Shown here one piece after another: positions 38,537-52,300 of a DNA stretch of 64,000 nucleotides; the first letter of the stretch is position 1; each line of letters opens with the position of its first letter. The stretch comes from Psammoneis japonica (Eukaryota), in NCBI GenBank assembly GCA_008632985.1, contig QPGO01000084.1:186001-250000 (forward strand), written 5' to 3'. The notes beneath the pieces are model-generated. The model worked only from the letters and a program-made list of their open reading frames with translations, made no database searches and was not told where the DNA came from. Both the position numbers and the translations under genes were made by a program.

Positions 38537-41500
38537 ATGAAGGATCCTACTTCACACGCATCGTCAGGGAGGACAGGAGCACTTTCTGTAGGCGTCTCTA
38601 TGATCGATGATGATATGGCTAGCGAGAACATCGCGGCAATCGCAGCACGTACTAACAAGCTAGAAGCAATAACCACAAGACGAATCGCTGAACCGCTCCA
38701 GTCACAAGAAAATCGGGAAGTGCAAACCACACCCAGCGCTTCTCGCCGCGCAACGAGACCAGCTCCAAGGCCTCGACTGAATTTGTTTGGTAGGCGGGTC
38801 GATTTCCCGACACTCGAGGCGGCAAAGGCTGGATGGTCAAAGGCAATGTCTAGAGTATCGAAAATATCAAACATCTGCTATCGGACACAAGACAGAGTAG
38901 TACAAGAAGGAAGAACTGCTGGTCTTGATGACACTGCTTGTGAAGCAGCGCAAGGGCTTGTACGACTCGCCGCAATCAATACCGAGACCGGTCAGCCACC
39001 AAGAGACAAGTCCCATACCCCAGATGTTCAACGACCGGCTACAGACACTACTATCCTCCAAGCTACAGGCTCTAAGCGAACTCACGAAGCCAGTATCCAT
39101 CAGGGAGTGAAGCTAGCGGATACGAGCAATGCAATCGTCCAAAGCACAGGCTCGGAGCGACGAAATGCAGCCCGCTTCTATCAAGGAGCTCAGCAAGCGA
39201 CTACGAACAGTGCCACCGTCCGAGCCACCGGCTCCGAGCGAAATGAATCACACCCTGCTTTGGAGGCGAATGGCAAATCCACTGCCGATGCCGTCGATGA
39301 AACAGCACTAGTTGATAATCCCAGCGAACACGTGCTGGGCATGACTCCTGCTCGTCATCGCCGCTCCTCTAGAACACGCACGTCAGAGCAAGGTGACTAT
39401 TCATCCCGTGTGGCTTCTGGCTCTTTGCAAGATCCCAACCAAGGAGCAACGTCAGTTGAAGACGATGGAACAGCGCAAAGGCTTGTACGACTCGCCGCAA
39501 TCAATACCGAGACCGGTCAGCCACCAAGAGACAAGTCCCGTACCCCAGATGTTCAACGAGCGGCTACAGACACTTCTATCCTCCAAGCTACAGGCTCTAA
39601 GCGAACTCACGAAGCCAGTATCCATCAGGGAGTGAAGCTAGCGGATACGAGCAATGCAATCGTCCAAAGCACAGGCTCGGAGCGACGAAATGCAGCCCGC
39701 TTCTATCAAGGAGCTCAGCAAGCGACTACGAACAGTGCCACCGTCCGAGCCACCGGCTCCGAGCGAAATGAATCACACCCTGCTTTGGAGGCGAATGGCA
39801 AATCCACTGCCGATGCCGTCGATGAAACAGCACTAGTTGATAATCCCAGCGAACACGTGCTGGGCATGACCCCTGCTCGTCATCGCCGCTCCTCTAGAAC
39901 ACGCACGTCAGAGCAAGGTGACTATTCATCCCGTGTGGCTTCTGGCTCTTTGCAAGATCCCAACCAAGGAGCAACGTCAGTTGAAGACGATGGAACAGCG
40001 CAAAGGCTTGTACGACTCGCCGCAATCAATACCGAGACCGGTCAGCCACCAAGAGACAAGTCCCGTACCCCAGATGTTCAACAAGCGGCTACAGACACTT
40101 CTATCCTCCAAGCTACAGGCTCTAAGCGAACTCACGAAGCCAGTATCCATCAAGGAGTGAAGCTAGCGGATACGAGCAATGCAATCGTCCAAAGCACAGG
40201 CTCGGAGCGACGAAATGCAGCCCGCTTTTATCAAGGAGCTCAGCAAGTGACTACGAACAGTGCCACCGTCCGAGCCACCGGCTCCGAGCGAAATGAATCA
40301 CGCCCTGCTTTGGAGGCGAATGGCAAATCCAATGCCGATGCCGTCGATGAAACATCACTAGTTGATAATCCCAACGAACACGTGCTGGGCATGACTCCTG
40401 CTCGTCATCGCCGCTCCTCTAGAACACGCACGTCAGAGCAAGGTGACCATTCATCCCGTGTGGCTTCTGGCTCTTTGCAAGATCCCAACCAAGGAGCAAC
40501 GTCAGTTGAAGACGATGGAACAACGAAAGTGCCGAATGGAATCACTCTGCAATGCAACGGCAAATGTCAAGTGAGATTTCCGCACGACAGCAGGATCTGC
40601 TATATTGGTACATTTGACTCACTCGCCGTTGTTGCTCAGAACACGGGCCGTACGAAGATGAAAGAGTTTCATGATTCCAAGGGGAATGAAAAGCCGCTAA
40701 CTTCAGCCGATCACAAGCATGGCGTGAAATTTGTCAAGGAAGCTTGCTGTACAGCAGTCCAACAGCACCTACAAGATCACCCAGAAGAACTCGATAAGGT
40801 ATCGAAACGGTCACGGACAAGAGCGCAAGAAGGCAAAGACAGGTACGCTTCGGATTCGAACGAAGATCATATTGGGAAGAAGCGCACTTGGAAAATGGAA
40901 TCAAAAACAGATACAGAGAATCTCAGACGCAGCTCGCGCGCCAAAAAAGCACGAACAGTTTCGGACTTCCCAACCAAGCAGCGCGATACTTCATCACGCA
41001 CCTTATCAATAGGGAAACGTGCGTCCTCGGCTAGTTCGGAGGGTCTTCCTTCAGACGTATCACATTTGCGTGCTGGAGCAGAGCAATTGAGCACTCACTA
41101 TCTAGGTGGCTTCACCATTGGCCTTTCTGCGCCTTCAAAAGGGGAGCCGTACGCTGAAGAAAGCGCATGGCGTTTGCATAATCCAACGGTGCCTCCTGAC
41201 CAGAGCAAATTCGGCAAGTTGCCGCTGCAATCGCTCCCACCACCTCCAAGCCTACCACAGTTTCCACACACTGGCCTTTGTGAATGGACGTGGGATGAAG
41301 AATCTCGAGTTCTCCTTGGCAATTTCAGAAAGAATAAAAGCAGTAAGGTGGAAGTCAGTAAGGAGGATGAAGAGTTCCTGTTGCGCATGATGGAACGCAA
41401 CGATATTTCAGTTATTAGCGAAGGACTGGCCGATGATCTCGATGGTGCGATCTGGACCCCGCAGTATATCGCAGACGTAGCGGGGGACAAGTATTACCAC

Positions 41501-43466
41501 AAGTTTCGCAGATTCGAGCGAATGAAGGGCTGCATTTCCTTGCAGTACGATGAAGTGGACGAGTGTGTTTCTATGAAAATTTCAGATTTCGTTCGTTATT
41601 TGGATGCACGTCAGACAGCCCTGAGCAACCAACATGTCGATATGATTTCTTCCGGCACGCGCTTTTCGTTTGTTGACGACGAAGGCAAGGAGATTGTTAT
41701 TGACGTGATTGACACCGTTTTGTACATGATTGATCTCGATATTATCAAGCTGCTGCCATCTATTCACGAAAACTTTGTTGACAGCTTCAAGCTGCCTGGC
41801 ATTTTGCCGGGTGGAAAGCATTGCTTGCTGAACGCGGTAAGTCCATCAGTTTCAGAAGTTGTTTCCTAGTGTCCCAATGACTTCTTACGTGTCGTGCATA
41901 TGGATTGTGCCCAGGTCAACCAAAATGGACGCCCCTTCATGGGACCGAACCTATACGTCACCCCTCCAGCTTCCTTTACCCATTTCCATCAAGATGGCCA
42001 TGGTACTGTTGATAGTGGGCACCAATGCCTCGCGGGCTACAACGAAGTCGCAATGTTGCGACGACTACCAGAAAGTCACAAAAAGTACGCTCTGTACCTT
42101 CTGAACGGCTCGGGAAAGAACGGCACAAGCCAGTATGACGCTTTATATGGTTTTCCTCACGGGGATGGAGTGGTACGTGCACATGTCGATTGGCTTCACC
42201 GTATGTGTCTTGACGTTTCAACTGTATCGCTAAATCTAATTTCAAATGGGCTGTAATGGAAGGGAGCCAAACCAGTTTGGCCAGAACGCGACTCTATAGA
42301 TAAGCGCAAAGAAATGGGGTAAGCAGCTACCGGTATTCATAGTACGTCATTCTCCTGCTCGTCGCATCTCTCACATTCTGTTATCATTGCTCTGGCAAAG
42401 GTATTGTCCTTCGGTTTTCATTCTGAAACCAGGTCAGCTTGTCCATATCAACAAGGGCAGGCTACATGCCTTTAGGAAGATGGCGCCGGTCCAGCTCCCT
42501 GAGAACGACTGCCACGCGACACTCCGTGGTGAGATTCTTTGTGAACTAGATGGTTCAAACAAGGAAGACATTTGCGTCTCTGTTGCCTGGGATTGGATGT
42601 ATCGAGGTTTTTCAAGTGAAGGCATCAATCGGGAAGTCGTGTCAATGCTCGAATGTGCAGCTCTTAATCGCAAGAATCTGTCCAAAGAAACGCTTGCTAT
42701 TCCAGAGCATTCCATCATACAGACGGCACGGAATGCCGCCGCCGAGCCAGACAGGTCAGGGCCAGTGCCGAAGAGCTCTTGGATACAGCCCCGCGGAAAC
42801 CCAAATGGTTCAGAAACGCGTGTGTTCCCTTCCAGTGAGACTGTGATGAAGGGAATCCTTCCTTCTCTTCGATACGTGGTGGAGAAGCATACCGAGGCCA
42901 AGAGCAATGCGGAGAAGAATCAAGCGAATCACACCTCTACGAAGGCCAGTGTTACAATTGATAACAAGCCAAACTCATGGGAGAACCCAAACTCCTTTCC
43001 GATTGATCCATATGGGAACACTGACTTCTTTTGCCGTTTGTGCCAGAAGGAGTTGTCGAATGTTTACATGCATTGCGATGGGTGCGAGATCCTCGTAAAC
43101 AAGGATTACAATATTTGCGTTGACTGTCACAAGGAGAAAAAGTATGAGAAATTCGAGCAGATGCATCCGCTGGATAACGTGAGGAACAGCAGCATCAATC
43201 ACACAGGTGATTTTTCAGAAGACAGGAAAAAGCGACGCTGCCCCTGCAAGAACGCCCCCCTTTGCGTCAGATGCAGGCACTGTTCAGGGTGCTCTTGCGG
43301 GTGTCACAAGTGTTTCACGTTGCACTACAGACACGCAACTATCGAGGAAGAAACGGAGTTGCTCCAGAGGGTGGAAGCTAGAGTAGGCGAGAATCCTGCT
43401 CAGCAGGAAACCATGGATAGACTCAGATGGATTGGGTCATTGAATGGCGGTTGGTCAGCCCTCTAG
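38537..43466 (+). CDS. JmjC-domain protein with N-terminal tandem repeats and C-terminal Cys-rich zinc fingers; 4 exons
   Basis: Predicted introns 41837-41914, 42173-42262 and 42319-42400 (GT..AG, frame preserving). Contains FTHFHQDGHG (HxD), LKPGQLVHINKGRLHAFRK and CRLC...HCDGC...CVDC. Start codon uncertain. Confidence 0.8.
38946..40522 (+). repeat. Coding tandem array, 3 x 525 bp (175 aa)
   Basis: Units start at 38946, 39471 and 39996; nearly identical and in frame. Confidence 0.95.
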
Positions 43467-43701
43467 ACTCTCCGGGTCCGATGGACGAGCCCGAAGACAG
43501 TGCTGACCCCTCCAGTGTCCTCGAAATGGAGGGCATGTACGCTGGTACCGGACTGGAAAAGACACAAAGCTGAGGCGCACTCCAAGAGACACGGCGCATG
43601 TCAGTGACGAGAGAAAACTACCCATACGATGTTGCAGGTGTCCCGCCTTTCTATGGTGCAGCAATCTTCTCCCAAATAAGTAGGAGTAGTCTCTATTTTA
43701 T

Positions 43702-43989
43702 GCAATGTTTTATTCTATTTTGCCGCATGGAGTTGACGAGTTTTTCCTCCAATCTTGTGATTGCTATATTGCTAAAATAACGCTGCTCCAAAAAGCAATG
43801 TCCTACAGCTGTCTTTTGTGAGACGCCTAACAGCAGTGCGGTAGCCCAACCCGTGGGAGTCTTGTGCAGGAGCAATGAGGCTTCGACACACTAAAGAATG
43901 TTCTCCATAAGGCGGTCCACTGCTCGAGTCTGTAGTAGAGTGCAAAAGTGCAGCAGTTAGAATGGCAACATTGTGCACAAATCAAAACA
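43702..43989 (+). repeat. 288-bp dispersed duplication, copy 1
   Basis: Matches 57357-57644 with 2 differences by eye. Confidence 0.95.
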
Positions 43990-44033
43990 CGCACAAAAAC
44001 AATATTTCAAACACGTCTACACCCCACCAATCG

Positions 44034-44300
44034 TTAATTGTTCGTCTTGAGAAATTCCATGTCGGTCCACTTGACACCCGAATAGGATTTTTGCAATAAC
44101 ACCATGCGCTGCTCCGTTTCACGCAATTGCTTCTTGGCAAAGGCTTGCGCTTCGGCATTCGAATGATAGCGCTTGTAGTATAATGCCGATACCCATCCAA
44201 CTCTCGATTGATCGTGGGCATTGCCTCCGGCACCAAACTTGTCGCACTTGTAGTATGATACCCGCAAGCAAGAGTTGGCACCGTGGTCCAATCACCAGAA
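44034..44300 (-). pseudogene. Ariadne RBR E3 ligase fragment
   Basis: DHGAN...YYKCDKF, YYKRYHSNAEAQAFAKKQL and KWTDMEFLK. Confidence 0.75.
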
Positions 44301-45997
44301 CAGATCCAACTAGGTCTAACTTCGTGTCGACATATCTAATCGAAGTCAGTACGAGGTGGTGAGTTAAAATGGCGCTCCTCACGTTCCGTACAGAAGCTCC
44401 AAGCTTACCTACCTTCTCCAGGACTGTCTGAGTGGTGACGGAAACGCGTTAATGTTTGTAAATTTGAGTCCAACAACAGCGAGTGGCAATGAAAGTCTCT
44501 GTTTCTTGCGATTCATTGAGCTTGGAAAGGCGATCAAGCACATTGAATACTCCAAGTTGAGAAAGAATTAGTTCCGTTTGGAGAGAGGTAGGGGGGTTAT
44601 AAGGGAAACCGTTATTCTAAGAGCACGTACCGGTAATATGCAACACAGTTTTTTGTATCGTTTTCTTTGAAGTTCCGGCCTATCTCGTTTTTGATTTGTT
44701 TCTCTACAGAGAATGCGCCAGAACTTACGATCGAAGGTGATGATTCATAATGGAAATTGGATACCGTGGAATGCTATAGTACACTCGAGCCCAATCAGTG
44801 ACGCGACCGATGACGACCGAGCTACCACGCCACAGGACGCTAATGAGCCACAACTCGACAACCAACGCATGTGGAGAGGGGAGGTGCTTTGATGCAGTGG
44901 CAATGAAGGCATCTACGCACCCAGCGCCACCGTATGTGCTTGACTTGTGAAGAACGCCACTCTGTAGATTCGAGCCGACGTCCACTCTGATGGTTCTTCT
45001 TCCGCATCTCTTCTCGTCGTTGCTTTCGCTACTGTAGACAAAAAATACTGACGTCTTGATTCAGTACATGCTCACAAGGTTGCTGAGTAAAGTGCCTTTC
45101 GGGGGAAAGGCTGGGACTTGTGTCAGCTGAAAACAACGCGTCGTTGAATGCCCGCAAATGCTTGACAAGTTGAAGCTCCCTGTCGTCAATTGCATAGCTA
45201 GTGCGGCAGTACTGTCTGATGGTGCAGCACTCTCAGATGATGAATGGATACTCTCACCTGCATTGGTTCCCCAGATTCGAGCCCCCCCCCCCAATAAGCA
45301 TACGAATACAAATGACACCATTCGAGTCGCATTGTCCAGAAGCGTCAAATTTCCCATCCACGGTTCCAATAAGCCAATATCAACACGTACATCCGTTCCC
45401 AAATACTCATGACTTTGTATTCCGGTTCGTGATATCGTTTTGCATTAATAATAATGACATGGATTCTGAGCGCATAAAGGAATCGAGTACAAGAGACGGA
45501 AACTCAGCATCATTCAAAGGTCTTCCCAGCTTGCCACCCTTCTCAATCACAAACAAGACATCCTTGCGCAATTAGACCAACAGTTGCCTCAAAAGCAATT
45601 GACTATGTTTCATAGCCAGCCTTGAACTCTGCTAACTCATTAGCAGCAGCAATGGGTGCAGGGACAATGCGTAGCCGCGTTCTTGGCCAAGAGCTTGAAG
45701 CTGTCCGGCTCACACGTCCAATCATTTGACTTCAGACAGGATCAGCAAATCATCACGAGCGCCCAATCTGCCTCGTCGACGCCTGTCGTAGTACTTTGCA
45801 ATTGGCAATGATATATTTCACACCTGGCTTCTTGTAGCACATGTTCCCGTTGTAATGCAGACATTTCGGGACTGCCACATCAAGAAAAGTGGAAGCGTCG
45901 TCCTTCAACACCGTTCCAGTCGAGTCCGCGAACCACGTACTGAAGAATTGGTCGTGTGGAATGACACGGCACCGCTTACATTTTATTTAGGGAAAGG

Positions 45998-46231
45998 AGT
46001 CACGACTCAACGTCATTCTGGTCGCATCTCACGACTACAACCCAGACTCAGATTTTCTCTTCGAAATAATTAGCTCATCACAAAATCGATTCAAACAGAA
46101 GCAACGACATTCGTCATAATTTCTAGACAACGACTTTCAACAAGCGTCTGTTTACCTCTGTCGCTATTCATATTGCTACCAACCTCCGAGGTCTCATCCA
46201 TCCTACTCAGCTGCAGGACTGCATCTCGACT
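45998..46231 (+). repeat. 5' LTR
   Basis: AGTC...GACT; aligns without gaps to 53006-53239. Confidence 0.95.
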
Positions 46232-46393
46232 GGTCACAGAGACCAATTTGCACGTTGACGAGAGCTCCTGACCGAGTCATCGTCACGGACGCTTTCGGTT
46301 TTTGATTTTGAAGCAAACCCGGGAAATAGCTGAGTCTCTCTCGCTTCTCTCGTCTTCACTCTAACAAGAACCTCCCATGCTGCACTCTCTGTC

Positions 46394-49300
46394 ATGGCTG
46401 CCATCGATCCAGCTGTTCTGGCGAAGGCGTTTGCCGATGCAATGGCAGCCAACGCCGCGGCGACCGCTCCTCCAGCTCCAACCAAGCCGTCACGTGGTGG
46501 AATTCACCCAACCCACGGGGTTTACATTGGTGGTTCCAAACTCAACAACAACTGCGAACAATCCAACGACAGAACCTGCCGACTCGCCTCTCAGCGCCGT
46601 CATCCCAAGGCTCTCGACTCGACAGAACGATCTCTCCGCGATCAACAAGCTTCCGCAATGACTTCCAAGTTCAACAGTCGACTTGAGATTTCGGACGGTC
46701 CCATCAACGAGCTTGACAAGGACCATTTCGTCAAGACCGTTCGAGATCTGGCAGAAGCCCACGGTCAGCAGACGTTCTGCCATGCAAAGGACAGCGACGA
46801 CAAGGTTCAACACATCTTCGACCATCTTCACGAGTTTGCTGTGACCGATCTCGTGAACGAGTGCACGGTTGGGAAAGCAGCTGCCGATGATGCCAAGCAC
46901 CACGAGATCGAGCTCGACGACATCGGGCTCTCTCAACTTCTCGTTCACTCAAGAATCACTGATGCTTTTCGCGAGAAAATCGAGACCAAGTTCAACCATC
47001 TTTCGGACTGCCAAGACTACCCTGGATCTGTTCCATTCATGATGGCTCTCGACACTTGCAATGCCAGCGCTCTAACGGACATTGAGACGGCCAAGAAGCA
47101 GCTAGAAGACCTCAGTTTGGCCAACCATCCCGGCGAGGATTGCACGGACTTTGCTGCCGAAGCTCTTCGCATCGCGAAAATTGTGCAGACCGACTGCGCG
47201 CTTCCGGCAAACACAAGCTCCAAGCTGCTCCACAAGATCTCCTCCACGTCCTCTGAGTGCTTCAATCGCCGAGTCTACAACAAGCTCGACGACGTCAAGG
47301 CCATGGAACGCAAGCACCGCCTCAAGAATCCTGCTGACATCGTGTCCGACAGCGATTGCAAAATGCTCGGACCGGTCGGCATCATTGCGTGGATTCAAGA
47401 GCAACACAACGAACTCGTGAAGGATGGGGAATGGCCTGCATTAGCAGCCAAGCTACCCGAGAGTAATCTTTCGACTACGGATGACCCTGGGAAGACGAAG
47501 CACTGTCATGGTTGCGGTCTCGAGGGGTGCACCAAGAAGACGTGTCCGAAGTGCAACGCCAAACCGCCGCGCGACGACACTCCTCCCAATCCGCCGCCTG
47601 CAGACGACCCTTCCAAGAAGAAGAGGCGACCCATCGCTGTCTGGCGCACTAAATTTGACGGAGAAACGAAGAAGGATAAGAGTGGCAAGGAATGGAAGTG
47701 GTGTGCCACGTGCAAGGCGAAGGGTGCCGACAAACCTGGAATCCACCAGAAGCACTCTACCGCGGAACATGCCGACGACCGCAGGCAACCTCCCAAGGAG
47801 ACCCCAGCCGGGAATTTGTCTTCCGTTGCTGACCCGGATAGTGGCGTGCCCATGGGTCCGCCCGCTCAGACTGCCAAGGCACCAGAGGGAGACGAATCCG
47901 ACCCCAACGAGCCAGTTTTCACAGGAATGTGGTGCGCGGCTACGGATCCCGTCACCGACCCGGATTTCTGTTCCGCCCCAGTCACTGCTGCAATTGTTGT
48001 TACTCCGGCTTCTTCGGCCGAGAAGGAGAGCGATGCAGTCGTTAGTGCTGAGGTGGTTTGCATCGAAACGAGCCCACCTGTGCTCACCTCAGTCGTGGAT
48101 CCAGTCGTGTCTCCCACAGTGGTTGAGACTGTCACTCCCGAAGACGCCGATGACTTCTACGAACACTCCGACGCTTTCTCTACCTTTGAAAACGAACCAC
48201 CGGCCATTGAGTTGTTTCCGGCCTCGAAGCTGTGCTCCATCAAGCATCCAGATGAGTTCTTTGACGCTCCCGCACATTTGACGGATGTGCTGTCAGACGA
48301 CACCAAGTTAGATCTCATCCTTGAACACGACGTACACTTTGAAGACGCATGCTGCGACTTGCCTCCGTGTGTTGCGTGTCGTGGCTTCGATTTCTACGAT
48401 CCAGAGGTCCTGGATGCGGATGATTGTCACGAGGACGTCGAAGACGAGCCCACTTCGCGTCGCTCACTCTTGGGTCGAGTCAAGCTGTTCATGTTCTGGC
48501 TCGCCGCCATGTTTTGGGAAACGGCACTGCATCTTTGCTTTGCTCCGATCCCATGCATCCCTCGAGCTCTACGCCGCCAGCGCAAACTCCCAACTTTGCA
48601 CGGGTTTCCAGCCTCCTGGATGGTCCCATCCGTTGCAGTGATGGTGTGGTCAGCAGTTCACGCCGGTCAACAGCCCGAGCATCCATTCTCGAACGCACCA
48701 AGTCGTTTTTCGACCGCTGGCTCTCAAGTCCACCACATTGTGGAAGAGCTAGATGACCGGATAGTGTTAGATTCGGGGTCACTGTTCGAACATCACAGGA
48801 TCAAAGGCACGCAAGTGCTCGCCGAGTTTGTCGCGCGCCATCCGTCACACGCACTGAGCACTCGTCTCAAGGCCTGCTGGGAGAGCCCAGAAGCAGCTGA
48901 ACGGTCTGATGCGACAGACGAATCAGCCTTCTTTGATGCCTGTGAGGAACTGGAACCTCTCGACGACCAGAAGCATTTCTTTGACGCTCTTGAGGACTTC
49001 AGCCCGGATTTCTTCCGGTTTGACGAGCTCTGTCTGCCGCATCACATCGTGGACACCACCCATTTTCAAGATCCTGTGGAACCATTGGAGGAAGCAGGTG
49101 TTAGACCAGTCGTCCACAACACCTCCACCATCCAACTGCTCACCGGACAATCACAAGCCGACCTCCTTGCATCCGATCCGCAGGCTCTCATCGGTCTGTC
49201 AGACGAGGCTCTCACGGTCGTCATGGACACTGGTGCAACATTAGCCATTGCCCCCGATGAAGATGATTTTACGGGGCCCATGACTGTTCCCAAGAAACCC

Positions 49301-52300
49301 TTGCAGATCAATGGGATTGCCAACGGTCTCACCATCCAGGGCACCGGTCCGGTTGCGTGGGTGTTCACAACGCCGAGTGGGGCTGCCATCCAACTGAACA
49401 CCATGGCATGCTGCGTCCCTGGAGCCCGTCAGCGCCTGCCATCGCCTCAACGCCTCTTCAACGAAGAGAAGGGGGTGCGTGGGAAGCATGAGGGCAATGA
49501 AACCACTTTCCGTTTACATGTTGACGGGACAGGCAAGTTGGTCGTGCCACATCATCCATCAAGCCACTTGCCTGTTGCATCGATGACCAAGGGCGTGTCT
49601 GCCGCTCCTCAAGTGAGCCTTCAGATCCTTAACGAGGAGAATCAAAACCTCACGGCAGGCCAAAAGCTTCTTCTCGAAATGCACACCCGTTTTGGCCATT
49701 TGAACTTTGGTCGCGTCCAAGCACTTCTCCGCGCAGCTCCGTTCCTTTTGAACCGTTTCAAGTCCGCAGCGAAGTGTGACCACCCAAGATGCGAGGCATG
49801 CAAACATGCTAAAGGTCACAGACGCTCTCTTGGATCTGCTCACAAGTCGACAGTCCCTGAACGCGACGGGGCCCTTCGAGCTGACCATCTTCGACCGGGT
49901 CAGGCTGTCAGCGTTGATCATTTTGAGTCGCACCTTTTAGGCCACACCTTCGACTCTTGTGGCAAAGCCACGTCCAAGCAATTCAAGGGCGGTTGCATCT
50001 TTGTCGACCACGCCTCTGGCTGTGTCCAGGTCGAGCACCAACTGGGTTTCTCCGCTGTTGAGACGATGCGCGCGAAGCAAGCGTTTGGGAAACATGCTTT
50101 GGACCACGGGGTCATCGTCCAAGAATTTCTTGCCGATGGTGGCGCTTTCAAGGCCAACGCTTTTGTACAACACACGCGAGATCATGAAAAATGTCTCCGT
50201 TTTTGTGGAACCAACGCCCATCATCAGAACAGCGTCGCAGAGCGGGGCATCCGCAGCATCTCCAACATGGCGAGAGCGATGTTGCTTCATGCATCAATGC
50301 ACTGGAAGGGGGGAATTGACAGCTCCCCATGGCCCATGGCAGTTTCCCATGCCACGCATGTCTACAATGTCACCCCAAATTCCAAAGGATGTTGCCCAGC
50401 GGACATTTTCACCGGTTCGACAGTGCCAAGACATCGGTTGCGCGACATTCACACATGGGGATGTCCAGCGCACGCACTTGACCCGACCCTCGCTTCCGGG
50501 AAGAAGCTCCCGCGTTGGGAGCCTCGCACTCGTCGCGCTTTGTTCATGGGACTCAGTGCCATCCATTCCAGTGAGGTTCCTTTGGTCCTCAATCTTCAAA
50601 CTGGAAGTGTTGCACCTCAGTGTCATGTGGTCTTTGACGATCTCTTCACTGCCGTGCCATCAATCGAGAGGGAGACGGATCCACCTGATCACTGGGAACA
50701 CTTGTGCCTCAACCAATCGACATGCATCCCTCTGGAGAAGGATCAGGCAGTTCATTCACACGATGAGTGGCTCACCCCTCCAGAGCGTCAACGCAAAGAA
50801 CGAGAACTGGCCAGAGCAACACGCATTCGCGGGCATTTTGAGCCCACTCCATCGATTGCTGTGCCGGATTCACCCACTTCTCGCGACGACGTTGCCGATC
50901 GAGTCGCACCTGCGACTCAGCAGCCAACGCCACCAGTCCCACCTGCGACTCAAGCTCCTACAGACTCTACGGACTCTGCGCCAATTCAGCCACCTGAACC
51001 TCAAGACAGTGATGGACTTCCGCCACCCGAAGCGCCGACGGAACCAACAGCTCCTCCCCCAGTCGAGACACCTCCTGTGACGAATCCAGAGGGAGCGCCA
51101 GGGCTGCGACGGTCTTCACGGTCAACCAAGGGACAGTTCAACTCTGCCAAGTTTGTAGATGAGGTCCACTTCAGCTCCGTCGAGGAAATGCCGCTGCCGA
51201 TCGGACACGAGGCTCAACTGGCGCATCTGGCGACTCTCGAGACGGATTTGGACAGTGGTGCCATCAATGTCGGCGATCCACGAGCCCACGCAGCTAGCAA
51301 GAAAACCAAGGACCCTGACATGCCTTCGTTGCACAATGCTCTGAAAGGTCCGGACGCCGACGAATGGATCAAGGCGATGAAAATTGAAGTCAACGCACTC
51401 ATGCATCGTCGAGCCTGGAAAGCAGTCGAGCGTCAGCCGCACATGAATGCACTTCCAGGCACATGGGCACTAAAGCTCAAGAGACTCCCAGATGGAACCC
51501 CTCTCAAGCACAAGGCCCGATGCTGCGTCCGCGGTGATTTGCAGAAAGAAGGAGTCGACCACTTCGAAACCTGCGCGCCGGTTGTGCAACGGTCCAGCAT
51601 CCGCCTCATGCTCACTGCGGTGTTAAAGGAGGGATGGACCACACGACAGGTGGACTGCACCACAGCCTTTTGCCAAGCTGATGTCGCCGAGGAAGTTCAC
51701 ACAACACCGCCGAAGGGATTTGCGCCAAGGTCGGGACTCAATGTGGTTCTCAAACTTTTGAAAGGACCACACGGCCTAAAACAGTCTCCCAAGGGCTTCT
51801 ACGAGAAGTTACGAGCTGGTTTAACCGAGCGCGGATGGGTGCCTTCAGCCACAGATCCCTGTTTGTATTTCAAAGAGGGAATGATGTGTGTGGTGCACGT
51901 CGACGACACCGTTTTTGCTGGAGCTTCAGCTGAAGCTCTAGAAGCCGAAACTCGCAAGTTAGGAGTCTCCGACGACGAACATCGCCACGCATTTGAACTT
52001 AGAGACGAAGGAGAAGTCGGCAACTTTCTCGGCATCAAGATCGAAAAGCTCTCCGAGGGTTGATTTCTGCTCACTCAACCCGGTCTAATTGACAAGGTCC
52101 TACGCACCGCACAGATGCAGGATTGCAATGGAGCATCTGCTCCAGCTCTGCCTGCGGCTGTTGGTGCCGACACGGACGGCCCACCTTTTGATGAACCCTG
52201 CGATTGTCGCTCAGTTGTTGGAATGTTGATGTGCTTGGCAGCGAACAGCCGGCCAGACATTGCACATGCCACACATCAAGCAGCTCGATTCTCGTGTGCA

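Noticed and set aside
45998..46231. Classical RIP (CA/TG->TA) acting on the 5' LTR
   Set aside because: Polarity is fixed by the loss of conserved Tyr codons and the probable stop codon, and by regional TpA depletion rather than excess.
46231..46244. Specific tRNA primer assignment for the PBS
   Set aside because: Only partially similar to iMet-type PBS sequences and possibly altered by mutation; needs the tRNA set.
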